Source of the DNA: an uncultured bacterium | GTDB taxonomy: Bacteria > Bipolaricaulota > Bipolaricaulia > UBA7950 > UBA9294 | NCBI GenBank assembly: GCA_903839615.1 | Contig: CAIMCX010000105.1 | Coordinates: forward strand, 1-45,995 | DNA length: 45,995 nucleotides | Direction of reading: 5' to 3' | Part shown: positions 11,225 through 19,689 of the stretch, piece after piece | Layout: each line of letters begins with the position of its first letter | Numbering within the stretch: the stretch's first letter is position 1 | The notes under the pieces: generated by a model | Seen by the model: only the letters and a program-made list of their open reading frames with translations | Databases searched by the model: none | Told to the model about the DNA's origin: nothing | Made by a program: the position numbers and the translations under genes

Positions 11225-11698
11225 CTACTCCTCCTTCTGCGGCGCCTCCTCGTCCACGCGAACGCGCACCTCGACCGAGATGTCCTTGTAGAGCGCGATC
11301 GTGACGGTGTGTGGGCCAAGCGTGTCGATGGCCGCCGACATGTGGATGCGCGATGACTCGATGGCCTCGCCGCACAATGACGCAGCCTGGGCTGCGATTT
11401 CCTCGGCGCGGACGGAACCGTAGAGGCGCTGATCCCCGTGCGCCTTGCGCACGAAGACCAGCGTCTGGTCGACAAGTTTGTCGCGCAACGCGCGCGCCTT
11501 CTCTTCTCGTTTCAGGAGCTCGGCGTCGTGAATCGCCTTTTCCTTGGCAAATCGCGACACGCTGTGGTCCGTCGGCTCCATGGCAAAACCACGCGGGAAC
11601 AGGTAGTTCCGGGCGTAGCCTTCCGCGACGTTCACCACCTCGCCAACATGGCCCAGCTTGTCGATCGTCTTCGTCAAGAGCACCTTAGCGATGATCAT
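11225..11698 (-). CDS. rplI: 50S ribosomal protein L9
   Basis: MIIAKVLLTKTIDKLGHVGEVVNVAEGYARNYLFPRGFA is a typical L9 N-terminus. ATG 11698 is preferred over the adjacent GTG 11701. Confidence 0.9.
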   Translation of the reverse strand: MIIAKVLLTKTIDKLGHVGEVVNVAEGYARNYLFPRGFAMEPTDHSVSRFAKEKAIHDAELLKREEKARALRDKLVDQTLVFVRKAHGDQRLYGSVRAEEIAAQAASLCGEAIESSRIHMSAAIDTLGPHTVTIALYKDISVEVRVRVDEEAPQKEE

Positions 11699-11724
11699 CA
11701 CCTCAGTCTTGCGTCTCGAGCGAG

Positions 11725-11753
11725 ATTGTAGATGGGGGCTGCGACTGCGTCAA
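11725..11753 (-). promoter_or_regulatory. Near-consensus sigma70-type promoter for rplI and the two genes coupled downstream
   Basis: On the minus strand: TTGACG (11753-11748), 17-nt spacer, TACAAT (11730-11725). These are the same hexamers as the ftsH promoter. It lies ~25 nt upstream of the rplI start. Confidence 0.6.
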
Positions 11754-11781
11754 ACTGCTCTTCTGATCGTGCGTAGGCCCC

Positions 11782-12624
11782 ATGGTATACTTGCACCCTG
11801 TGATCAAGCTGGAAGAGTGGGGCAAGGAGCGAGGTCGCGTCCTCCTGATGGGCGTCCTCAATGTGACGCCCGATTCTTTCTTCTCAAGCAGCCGTGTTCT
11901 CTCTCCGCGCCTCGCGCTGGAACACGCCCGGCGCATGGTCGAAGACGGCGCCGACATCCTCGATGTCGGCGGGGAGTCCACGCGGCCGGGCTCAGATCCG
12001 GTGGGCGCGGAGGAGGAACTCGAGCGCGTCATTCCGGTTATCGAGAGGATCCACTCGGAGTGCAACGTCGTTCTCTCCATAGATACGACCAAGGCCATCG
12101 TGGCCCGGGAGGCGCTGGATCGCGGCGCTTCCGTGATCAATGACACGAGCGCTCTGCGGGCCGACCCGGCGATGGCGGCGGTCGTCGCGGCACGCAACGC
12201 GTACGTGATTCTGATGCACATGCAGGGCACCCCGCGCACAATGCAACAAGCCCCGGACTACGTCAACGTCGTGGAGGAGGTCCTTGCCTTCCTCCTCGAG
12301 CGAACGCGCGCCGCAGGGGCAGCAGGCATTCCGAGCGAGCGGATCTTCATCGACCCCGGAATCGGGTTTGGCAAGCGGCTCGAACACAATCTGGCGCTCT
12401 TGCGAAGCATCGATCGTTTCGCTGCGACCGGGTTTCCAGTGGCCGTAGGGGTGTCGCGCAAGTCGTTTCTGGGGGAGATCCTGGCGCTGCCGGCCGAGGA
12501 GCGCCTCGAGGGGACTTTGGCGGTTGAGGCAATCGCGGTCGCGCGAGGAGCGGACATCCTCCGAGTACACGATGTGAAGGAGGGGAGACGAGCGGCAGAC
12601 ACGGCGTGCCTTCTTCGGGCGTAG
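11782..12624 (+). CDS. folP: Dihydropteroate synthase
   Basis: LMGVLNVTPDSFF, DILDVGGESTRPGS, SIDT, INDTSA, DPGIGFGK, RVHDV motifs. Confidence 0.9.
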   Translation: MVYLHPVIKLEEWGKERGRVLLMGVLNVTPDSFFSSSRVLSPRLALEHARRMVEDGADILDVGGESTRPGSDPVGAEEELERVIPVIERIHSECNVVLSIDTTKAIVAREALDRGASVINDTSALRADPAMAAVVAARNAYVILMHMQGTPRTMQQAPDYVNVVEEVLAFLLERTRAAGAAGIPSERIFIDPGIGFGKRLEHNLALLRSIDRFAATGFPVAVGVSRKSFLGEILALPAEERLEGTLAVEAIAVARGADILRVHDVKEGRRAADTACLLRA

Positions 12625-12632
12625 AGACGCGG

Positions 12633-12661
12633 CGCGCCCCTTGCGAACGATGAGGGGCGCG
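12633..12661 (+). terminator. Stem-loop after folP
   Basis: cgcgcccct (12633-12641) pairs with aggggcgcg (12653-12661) around an 11-nt loop, 9 nt after the folP stop. A second small GGGG/CCCC hairpin follows. No U-tract. Confidence 0.4.
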
Positions 12662-12755
12662 TGATGGGGCGTCCCCTACAAACGGTACAGAGGCGCGTTC
12701 GAGCGCGCTTCTGGAGAACCAGGCAGAGGCGCACGGCGTTGCCGCTTGAGGGAGA

Positions 12756-13214
12756 ATGACACTAAGTGTGTTGGAGTTCCTTGCCCATCCGGGCAAGCGC
12801 CTGCGGGTCCAGACTGTGCTCCCGTCTGTTCCGAACGAGACGGAGGATCTTCGAGTCGTCGGTGAGATCCTCCTCGACGGAGAGGCATTCGCTCAACTCT
12901 CGACGCTGTATGTAGATGCGGAGATGAGTACAGTCATCGCCCAGCCATGCGGCCGTTGCGTGAAGCCGCTTGAGGCGCCGTTCTCGCTTCGTGAGTCGTT
13001 CACGGTTTCGATCCCGCCGACTGCGGACGAAGTGGATGTGCGTCCCGCGGCGGTTTCGCTGATCCTGACTGCACATAATCCTCACGTCCTCTGCCGTCCG
13101 GATTGCCGCGGTCTTTGCCCGAAGTGCGGGGCCGACCTGAACGAAGAGCCGTTCCACGCCTGTGCGAAGCGAGATCTCGAAACCCGCAGACTGGGAGACT
13201 TCCTCTCGCCATGA
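12756..13214 (+). CDS. DUF177 / YceD-family protein (large-subunit rRNA accumulation protein family)
   Basis: Size and the two Cys pairs are typical of DUF177 (CGRCVKPLE ... CRPDCRGLCPKCGADLNEEP). The start is uncertain: ATG 12756 or GTG 12768. Confidence 0.7.
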   Translation: MTLSVLEFLAHPGKRLRVQTVLPSVPNETEDLRVVGEILLDGEAFAQLSTLYVDAEMSTVIAQPCGRCVKPLEAPFSLRESFTVSIPPTADEVDVRPAAVSLILTAHNPHVLCRPDCRGLCPKCGADLNEEPFHACAKRDLETRRLGDFLSP

Positions 13215-13714
13215 CGGATCTCGTCGCCATTGGTTTCGACCCTGGGCTCGCCGTGACCGGCTACGGCGTTGTCGAGGCCACCAAGTCCGGTTGGGGTGTC
13301 GTAGCTGGAGGAGTGATTCGCACCCCGAGCGGCCAGCCGCGGTCGGAACGCCTCCGCGACCTCTGCCGGGAGGCCCAGGAGCTGATCGAGGCCTACCACC
13401 CGTGCGGCGTAGCCATTGAAGAGGTGTTCTTCGCCACGAACGCGCAGACGGCCATGCGTACAGCCGAGGCGCGCGGCGCGTTGCTTGTCGCGTCAGGCGA
13501 TGTCCCGGTCCGCGGCTACACGCCCCTGCAGGTCAAGAAGCGAATCACCGGGTACGGAAAGGCGCAGAAGGCCCAAGTGCAAGCGATGGTCCAGCGGCTG
13601 CTGCGCCTGTCCGATCTCCCAAGACCTGACGACATGGCTGACGCGCTGGCCCTTGCGCTCTGCTATCTTCTCGACGCTCGTGGCCCTGAAGGAGTTGACG
13701 ACGTCTACCTATGA
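13211..13714 (+). CDS. ruvC: Crossover junction endodeoxyribonuclease RuvC
   Basis: ORF 13103-13714 trimmed to ATG 13211 (ATGA overlap with the yceD-like stop). Motifs: IGFDPGLAVTGYGVV, AIEEVFF, GYGKAQKAQVQ, DMADALALAL. Confidence 0.9.
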   Translation: MTDLVAIGFDPGLAVTGYGVVEATKSGWGVVAGGVIRTPSGQPRSERLRDLCREAQELIEAYHPCGVAIEEVFFATNAQTAMRTAEARGALLVASGDVPVRGYTPLQVKKRITGYGKAQKAQVQAMVQRLLRLSDLPRPDDMADALALALCYLLDARGPEGVDDVYL

Positions 13715-16463
13715 GGAGTTCCTGAAGCTTCCCCGGCCGTTGGACGAGGGGCAGCTCCTCTTGTTCGACGGGCACGCTCACGCCTACCGCGCGTTCTACG
13801 CGATTCGTGATCTGACGGCTCCCGACGGGAAGCCAGTCAACGCGTTGTTTGGCTTCTGGCGGGCCATCTCGCGCACCTTGCGGGACCATCCGTCCGCCTA
13901 CGTCGCCGCGGTGTTCGACGCGGGCGGAAGGACCTTTCGCCACGATCTGCACGATGACTACAAGGCAACGCGAAAGCCGATGCCGGAAGAGCTGGCGGAG
14001 CAGCTGCCCCTTGTCTTCGAATTGCTCAGGGTTCTAGGAATTCCCGTGCTCTCCGTGGCGGGCGTCGAGGGGGACGACGTTCTCGCTTCGCTCGCGCTTC
14101 GCGCCGCGGCGGCGGGATTGTCCTGTCTCATCTCCACATCCGACAAGGACATGGCGCAGATCGTCGGCGACCGGATCGCTCTTCTGCGACCGAGCGGACG
14201 CGGATCTGGGGACTCCAGTCAACGCCTAGATCGGGACGGGGTCCTCGCCCAATACGGCGTTCGTCCAGAGCAGATCGTCGACTTCCTCGCCCTCGTCGGC
14301 GACACGTCGGACAATGTGCCCGGCGTGCCTACGGTGGGAGAGAAGACCGCCGTGCAGCTCCTTTCCGAATTCGGAACTCTCGACGCTCTGTTGCTGGACG
14401 TTGAGCGAGTCCGAAACGAACGAGTCCGACGCGCTCTCGTTGAGCATGCGGATACGGCACGCCTGGCCCAGAGCCTGGTTCGCCTGCGTACGGACGTTGC
14501 CGCAGGCGACGTGCGAGAGCTGTGCCGACTTCGCGGGATTGACGAGGAAGCCGCGCGGCTCTTCTTCACGCGCGTCGGCTTCCGATCCGCACTTCAGGAT
14601 CTGCCCGCGGCTGTCTCGGAGCCGCTCACGGCCGAGCGTCGCGCCACAGAGTCGCCGACGGAGGCCGCTCCGAACTGCACGTATCGCACGGTGCTCGACG
14701 AAGCGACTCTCGCGGAACTTGTCGAAGCGGTGCGCGAGACGCAGCGTCTCGCAGTAGACCTCGAGACGACGAGCCGCAATCCCATGGAGGCCGCGATCGT
14801 TGGTATCGCCGTCTCGCCACGGCCTCTTCTCGGATACTACATTCCCGTCGGGCACGATGCACTCGGCGCGCCACCCCAGCTTCCGCTGGAACGGGTCCTC
14901 GAGGCGTTGCGACCCTTCCTTGAGTCCGGAAGCCATGAGATCATCGGCCAGAACCTTAAGTACGACGTGACGATCCTCGAACGATACGGAGTCGCCGTGC
15001 GCGGAATCCGCTTTGACTCGATGATTGCCTCGCACCTCTTGAGCCCGGACGAGCGCCATCACGACCTCGCGACCATCGTCAAGACATACCTCAACCAGGA
15101 CACCGTGTCCTATGAGGAGGTCGCGGGAAGGAACGGGTCGTTTGCCGCCGTGCCGATTGATGCGGCAACCCAGTACGCGGCGGAGGATGCGGAGATCGTT
15201 CAGAGGCTCCATCCGTTGCTCACAGCGGGGCTGCACGACTCTAGATTGACGCGCCTGTTTGAGGAGGTTGAGATCCCCCTCGTGCCGGTGCTCGCCCGCA
15301 TGGAACGAAACGGCATTCTCGTCGACTGCGCCGTCTTGGCGCAGCAGGGTGCCGCGCTCCGCCGCGACTTGGCCATCCTCGAATCCGATCTCTACGACAT
15401 CGCCGGTGGATCGTTCAATCCCAACTCCCCCAAGCAGGTTGCGGAGATCCTGTTCAATCGCCTCAAACTCCCCGTAATCGCAAGGACGAAGACGGGGCCA
15501 TCCACGAGTTCCGACGTGCTCGCCGAACTGGCGATCGCTCACCCCCTTCCCGGGAAGCTGATCGCCTATCGCGAGGTGATGAAGCTCCTCTCCACCTATG
15601 TGGAGCAGTTGCCGAAGGCTGTCAACCCCACTACCGGCAGGATCCACACGAGCTACCATCAAACCTCCACCGCGACGGGACGGCTCTCATCGTCGGATCC
15701 GAATCTGCAGAACATCCCGACGCGGACCGAGGTGGGCGGCCGGATCCGCCAGGCGTTCATCGCCGCCGAAGGCTCAGTCCTTCTTGGAGCCGACTACTCA
15801 CAGGTCGAGCTGCGGGTCCTGGCGCACATGTCGGGAGACGAGAATCTCATCTCCGCGTTTGCACGCGGACTCGATCTGCATCGCCTCACTGCGAGCGTCG
15901 TGTTCGGCGTCTCAGAAACAGCGGTCACCGCGCAGCAACGCGACGCGGCAAAGCGGATCAACTTCGGAATCCTCTACGGAATCAGCTCCTACGGCTTGGC
16001 CAAGGAGATCGGGTCTTCGACTGCGGAGGCCAAGGCGTACATCGACCGCTTCTTCTCCGCCTATCCCGGCGTGCGTGCCTTTGTGGACGAATGCGTGCGG
16101 CGAGCCACCGAAGTAGGGTATGCGGAGACGCTGCTCGGCCGGCGGCGGCCGCTGCGCAACCTCGGCGCACGGGACGTGGCCCGCCGCAACTTCGATCGCC
16201 GTAACGCCGTGAACACACCGATCCAAGGGAGCGCAGCGGACTTGATCAAGCTCGCCATGATCGACATCGATCGGCGGATCGCCGCCGCGGCGTGGCCTGC
16301 GGCCATGCTGGTGCAGATCCACGATGAGCTTGTGCTCGAGGTGGATGAAGAGGCCGGCGAGGCGGTGGCTCGAGAAGTCCGCGACGCCATGGAGAACGTC
16401 CTCCCGCTCCGCGTTCCGCTCGAGGTGAAGGTGTCGATCGGCCGGAACTGGGGCGAGATCTGA
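13680..16463 (+). CDS. polA: DNA polymerase I (5'-nuclease, 3'-5' exonuclease and polymerase domains)
   Basis: LLLFDGHAHAYRAFYA (5'-nuclease); LAVDLETTS (exonuclease motif I); RIHTSYHQTSTATGRLSSSDPNLQNIP, ADYSQVELRVLAH, QIHDELVLE (polymerase motifs A-C). There is no in-frame ATG near the N-terminus. GTG 13680 (or TTG 13695) is proposed, overlapping the ruvC 3' end. Confidence 0.9.
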   Translation: MALKELTTSTYEEFLKLPRPLDEGQLLLFDGHAHAYRAFYAIRDLTAPDGKPVNALFGFWRAISRTLRDHPSAYVAAVFDAGGRTFRHDLHDDYKATRKPMPEELAEQLPLVFELLRVLGIPVLSVAGVEGDDVLASLALRAAAAGLSCLISTSDKDMAQIVGDRIALLRPSGRGSGDSSQRLDRDGVLAQYGVRPEQIVDFLALVGDTSDNVPGVPTVGEKTAVQLLSEFGTLDALLLDVERVRNERVRRALVEHADTARLAQSLVRLRTDVAAGDVRELCRLRGIDEEAARLFFTRVGFRSALQDLPAAVSEPLTAERRATESPTEAAPNCTYRTVLDEATLAELVEAVRETQRLAVDLETTSRNPMEAAIVGIAVSPRPLLGYYIPVGHDALGAPPQLPLERVLEALRPFLESGSHEIIGQNLKYDVTILERYGVAVRGIRFDSMIASHLLSPDERHHDLATIVKTYLNQDTVSYEEVAGRNGSFAAVPIDAATQYAAEDAEIVQRLHPLLTAGLHDSRLTRLFEEVEIPLVPVLARMERNGILVDCAVLAQQGAALRRDLAILESDLYDIAGGSFNPNSPKQVAEILFNRLKLPVIARTKTGPSTSSDVLAELAIAHPLPGKLIAYREVMKLLSTYVEQLPKAVNPTTGRIHTSYHQTSTATGRLSSSDPNLQNIPTRTEVGGRIRQAFIAAEGSVLLGADYSQVELRVLAHMSGDENLISAFARGLDLHRLTASVVFGVSETAVTAQQRDAAKRINFGILYGISSYGLAKEIGSSTAEAKAYIDRFFSAYPGVRAFVDECVRRATEVGYAETLLGRRRPLRNLGARDVARRNFDRRNAVNTPIQGSAADLIKLAMIDIDRRIAAAAWPAAMLVQIHDELVLEVDEEAGEAVAREVRDAMENVLPLRVPLEVKVSIGRNWGEI

Positions 16464-16479
16464 CCCACGCGGTGGAGCT

Positions 16480-16510
16480 GGCGACGGCACCCGGTGAAAC
16501 TACCGTCGCC
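16480..16510 (+). terminator. Stem-loop after polA
   Basis: ggcgacgg (16480-16487) pairs with ccgtcgcc (16503-16510) around a 15-nt loop. No U-tract. Confidence 0.3.
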
Positions 16511-16545
16511 GAGCCCGTGTAGGTTCATGAGAAGGGTGGAGGAAC

Positions 16546-17865
16546 ATGGCTAGGCATTGGGGACTTCGCGCAGCGCTCACGGTTGTCGCGTCTCTTGGCC
16601 TCGCCGCCTCGGGACAAGGCACGAGCGTCGCGACGACGGCGGGAATCGCTTCGAACCAGGACGGCACGCCGCGCGTCGTGGTCGCGGCCTTCGATGACCA
16701 AAGCCGCGCCCGAATCGACAACCTCGGCGCCGGACTCGCTGACAAACTTGCGGCGCGGCTGGCTGTGGGCGGAGTCCACATCGTGGGGCGAAGCCAGATC
16801 GAGTCCCTGATGCAAGCAGAGGCCCTAGATCCGACGTCGCCTGAAGGACTTGCGCGCGCCGCGCGAGATCTCGGCGCGGATCTTCTCGTTTCGGGGGTCG
16901 TGGAGAGCGTCATCGTGGATTCGGCGACGCTCGACCTCGGACTCGTTCAATTGGGCAGTGCTGAAGCGCACGTCGCGGCGACCGTCGAACTGATTGACGC
17001 CGTCACAGGCGGCGTGGTGACCGCGGCCGCAGCGGAAGGGACCGCGAAGACTTCGTTCAGTCTATCGTTCGATCTGGGCAACTTCTTCGCCGCGTCCGCC
17101 TCGTGCGATGTCTGCGGCGGCGGCCTGCAATCGGCGGAAACTGCGTACTCGCATGGAGCGCTTGTCTCGTTTGGCTACTCCAACGGGTCACTGGCCGGCT
17201 GGTTCGGGCTTGAAGTCTACGCAAGCGATGGCACCTTTCTGCGTTGGCTCGGATGGCGCTTTGTGCCGCACGGCGGATGCGAGACGTGGACGTGGAACCA
17301 GCGCGATGCCTTGGGATCTCCCGTGCCCGCCGGGATCTACACCGCTCGCCTGAGAGATGGTGACGTGCTCACGGCGGCAGCGAGTTTCCAGATCCGCCCC
17401 AGCCTGACGCTCGTCCTTCCCTCGCTGGATCAGGTCACGACTGGAACATCGGCATTCGACAACAACGTCGTGGGGAAAGCCGTTGACGACGTCGTCGAGC
17501 ACCTCGCCAAGTCACTCCTCGCGTCAATTCTCGCGCTACGAACTGCCGAAGCGGCTCGGGCGTCGACCTCCGCGTCCCTCTCGGGAGCGACGCAGTTGCT
17601 TGGCCAGATCGCGTCGGTGTTGCCCGATGGGCGCGTGACGATCAACCTCGGCGCATCGAGCGGAGTCAGCCTCGGCGACCGCTTCGAGGTCCTCAGCGTC
17701 GACAACCTGGTGTTCGATCGCGACACGCAATCCGTCGCCTCGTATGACGTCGTCGACGAAAGAGGGATCATCGAAGTCGTCGACGTGCGCGAGCGTGCTT
17801 CGACGGGAACTCGGCTTGGCGATTTCGAAGTCCTCGTCGGAGATCTCGTCCGCTTCGCTCCGTAG
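16546..17865 (+). CDS. Secreted multidomain protein of unknown function: CsgG/LpoB-like N-terminal domain, FlgD-Ig-like insert, C-terminal small beta domain
   Basis: Signal peptide MARHWGLRAALTVVASLGLAASG. PRVVVAAFDDQS..LGAGLADKLAARL..GGVHIVGRSQIESLMQAEAL...ARDLGADLLVSGVVES matches the CsgG/LpoB-type pattern. WTWNQRDALGSPVPAGIYTARLRDG matches the FlgD-Ig pattern. SD GGTGGAGGA lies before the ATG. Confidence 0.6.
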   Translation: MARHWGLRAALTVVASLGLAASGQGTSVATTAGIASNQDGTPRVVVAAFDDQSRARIDNLGAGLADKLAARLAVGGVHIVGRSQIESLMQAEALDPTSPEGLARAARDLGADLLVSGVVESVIVDSATLDLGLVQLGSAEAHVAATVELIDAVTGGVVTAAAAEGTAKTSFSLSFDLGNFFAASASCDVCGGGLQSAETAYSHGALVSFGYSNGSLAGWFGLEVYASDGTFLRWLGWRFVPHGGCETWTWNQRDALGSPVPAGIYTARLRDGDVLTAAASFQIRPSLTLVLPSLDQVTTGTSAFDNNVVGKAVDDVVEHLAKSLLASILALRTAEAARASTSASLSGATQLLGQIASVLPDGRVTINLGASSGVSLGDRFEVLSVDNLVFDRDTQSVASYDVVDERGIIEVVDVRERASTGTRLGDFEVLVGDLVRFAP

Positions 17866-17903
17866 GCTCGCTCCCTTCCACGGGTTCGGGTAGACTCACA
17901 GCA

Positions 17904-18362
17904 ATGGGTCTGCGTCGGATCGGCTTCATCGCTCTGCTCGTCATGGGTCTTCTTTGCCCCACGGCATTCGGAGCTGGCCTGCGCTCTGTCGGCGTGCGGG
18001 TCATCCTTCCGATCGGGAAGATGCCGTTCCTGTTCGGAGTGGAGGCGACAACTGACCTCTCGTTCGGACTTGCCACGGGCTCGTTCTTCCTCACTTCGGA
18101 CGGAAAGGCGCTCATCGCGGCGTCGTGCGACGTGCGCCTTGCGGGCAGTCCGCATGTGGGAGGCACGTTCCTCCGCCTCACAACGGGACTCTTCTACTTC
18201 GATCCCACGGCCTTCCTTCCGTCGGTCCTCCTCGGCGGCGGGCTTGCAGTGGAGGCTCCTATCTCATCCGCCTTGGCAATCTGCGCGTCGGGTGAGTTCG
18301 TCTACCCGCTTGCGTTTCCGCTCCCTCTCGTCTCAGCCTCGGGAAGGTGGGTCCTTCCGTGA
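17904..18362 (+). CDS. Small secreted, beta-strand-rich protein of unknown function
   Basis: Signal peptide MGLRRIGFIALLVMGLLCPTAFGAG. The rest has alternating hydrophobic/Gly-rich strand-like segments. No SD is visible. Its stop overlaps the glmM GTG (GTGA at 18359-18362). The overlapping +2 ORF 18070-18840 is Arg-rich junk. Confidence 0.5.
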   Translation: MGLRRIGFIALLVMGLLCPTAFGAGLRSVGVRVILPIGKMPFLFGVEATTDLSFGLATGSFFLTSDGKALIAASCDVRLAGSPHVGGTFLRLTTGLFYFDPTAFLPSVLLGGGLAVEAPISSALAICASGEFVYPLAFPLPLVSASGRWVLP

Positions 18363-19687
18363 CGCAGCGATTCGGGACGGACGGCGTGCGTGGCGTAGCG
18401 AACGAGGACCTCGTTCCCGAGCTCGCGCTGGCGCTGGCGCGCTCGGCCGCCGCGTCCCTGCTTCCGCGCGGTGGGCGTGTCATCGTCGGCCGCGATTCGA
18501 GGACGAGCGGTCCCATGCTCGAGGCTGCGCTCGCCGCGGGGTTCTCCTCTGCTGGCATCGACGTTGGCCTTGCCGGCATCATCCCGACTCCTGCCATCTC
18601 ATTCCTCATCAAGGACGAGGGCGCGGACTTGGGGGCCGTGCTCAGCGCGTCCCACAACCCACCCGAGGACAACGGAATCAAGTTCTTCGGAAAGGACGGC
18701 CAGAAGCTGTCCGTCGAGGAGGAAGAACGGGTGGAATCGGCGCTCGGGTTGGACTGGCCTCCCGCTCGGGGGATCGGGCGCATCGAGACGATCGACGTCG
18801 CGGCGACACGCTACGCTGCTTTCCTCACCGGAACGATTGAGAGCGACGACGTGGATCTGTCCGGGCTTACGCTGGTCGTCGACTGCGCCTACGGCGCGAC
18901 GGGGCCGATTGCGCCTCGGGTCTTCCGCCATCTGGGAGCGCACGTCATTGAGTTGCACACAGAGACGGACGGCACCCGCATCAACGTTGGATGCGGTTCG
19001 ACTCACCTCGACAGCGTCCGCGAGGCGGTTCTGCGCCAGCATGCGGATCTCGGCATCGCCTTCGACGGCGACGGAGACCGCGTTCTTCTCGTTTCGTCCC
19101 ACGGACAAACCATCGACGGCGACCACGTGATCGGCATTGCCGCTACGCATCGAGCGCGCAGGGGAGGCCTCCGACCTCCTCTCGTCGTCACGACCGTGCT
19201 CTCCAATCTGGGGCTTGAGCACTTCCTGCGCGATCGCGGCATCGGCACGATCCGCACCCCCGTCGGAGACCGTCACGTCGCCCAAGCGATGAGGACGCAC
19301 GGAGCACGGCTTGGGGGAGAACCGTCGGGGCACGTCATCTTCGCCGACCACGCTCCGACGGGAGACGGAATCCTCACCGCCGTGCAACTACTCGAGATCG
19401 CGCACGAGGCGGGGGAGTCGCTGGAATGCCTCGCGGCAGCAGTTCCTCTCTACCCCCAAAGCCATGAGAACGTCCCGTGCCCCTCAATGGACGCCGCGAG
19501 AGCGGTACCACTTGAGGAGATCACCCGGCGCGCGGAGGCGAAGCTCGCCGGGCGCGGCCGTGTGATCCTGCGGCCCTCGGGAACGCAGCCGATGGTGCGC
19601 GTCTTTGTCGAGGCTGAGGAGCGAAAACTCGCAGACACCGTCTGCCAGGAGGCCGCGCGAGCCGTCGCAGCAAGCCTCCCTCGCTAG
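18359..19687 (+). CDS. glmM: Phosphoglucosamine mutase
   Basis: FGTDGVRGVAN, active-site SASHNPPEDNGIKFF, AFDGDGDR, GGEPSGH. Start at GTG 18359, or ATG 18347 four codons earlier. Confidence 0.9.
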   Translation: MTQRFGTDGVRGVANEDLVPELALALARSAAASLLPRGGRVIVGRDSRTSGPMLEAALAAGFSSAGIDVGLAGIIPTPAISFLIKDEGADLGAVLSASHNPPEDNGIKFFGKDGQKLSVEEEERVESALGLDWPPARGIGRIETIDVAATRYAAFLTGTIESDDVDLSGLTLVVDCAYGATGPIAPRVFRHLGAHVIELHTETDGTRINVGCGSTHLDSVREAVLRQHADLGIAFDGDGDRVLLVSSHGQTIDGDHVIGIAATHRARRGGLRPPLVVTTVLSNLGLEHFLRDRGIGTIRTPVGDRHVAQAMRTHGARLGGEPSGHVIFADHAPTGDGILTAVQLLEIAHEAGESLECLAAAVPLYPQSHENVPCPSMDAARAVPLEEITRRAEAKLAGRGRVILRPSGTQPMVRVFVEAEERKLADTVCQEAARAVAASLPR

Positions 19688-19689
19688 GC

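Noticed and set aside
14226-15662. 478-aa minus-strand ORF inside polA; similar cases at 1120-2361, 8097-9575, 2148-3062, 6189-7073, 10397-11356 and 38915-39898
   Set aside because: All are antisense or out of frame relative to well-supported genes, have low-complexity Arg/Pro/Gly-rich translations and lack start-site signals.
18070-18840. 256-aa plus-strand ORF spanning the small secreted-protein gene and the glmM 5' region
   Set aside because: The translation is extremely Arg/Ser/Ala-rich, out of frame with glmM (whose motifs are unambiguous), and has no start signals.
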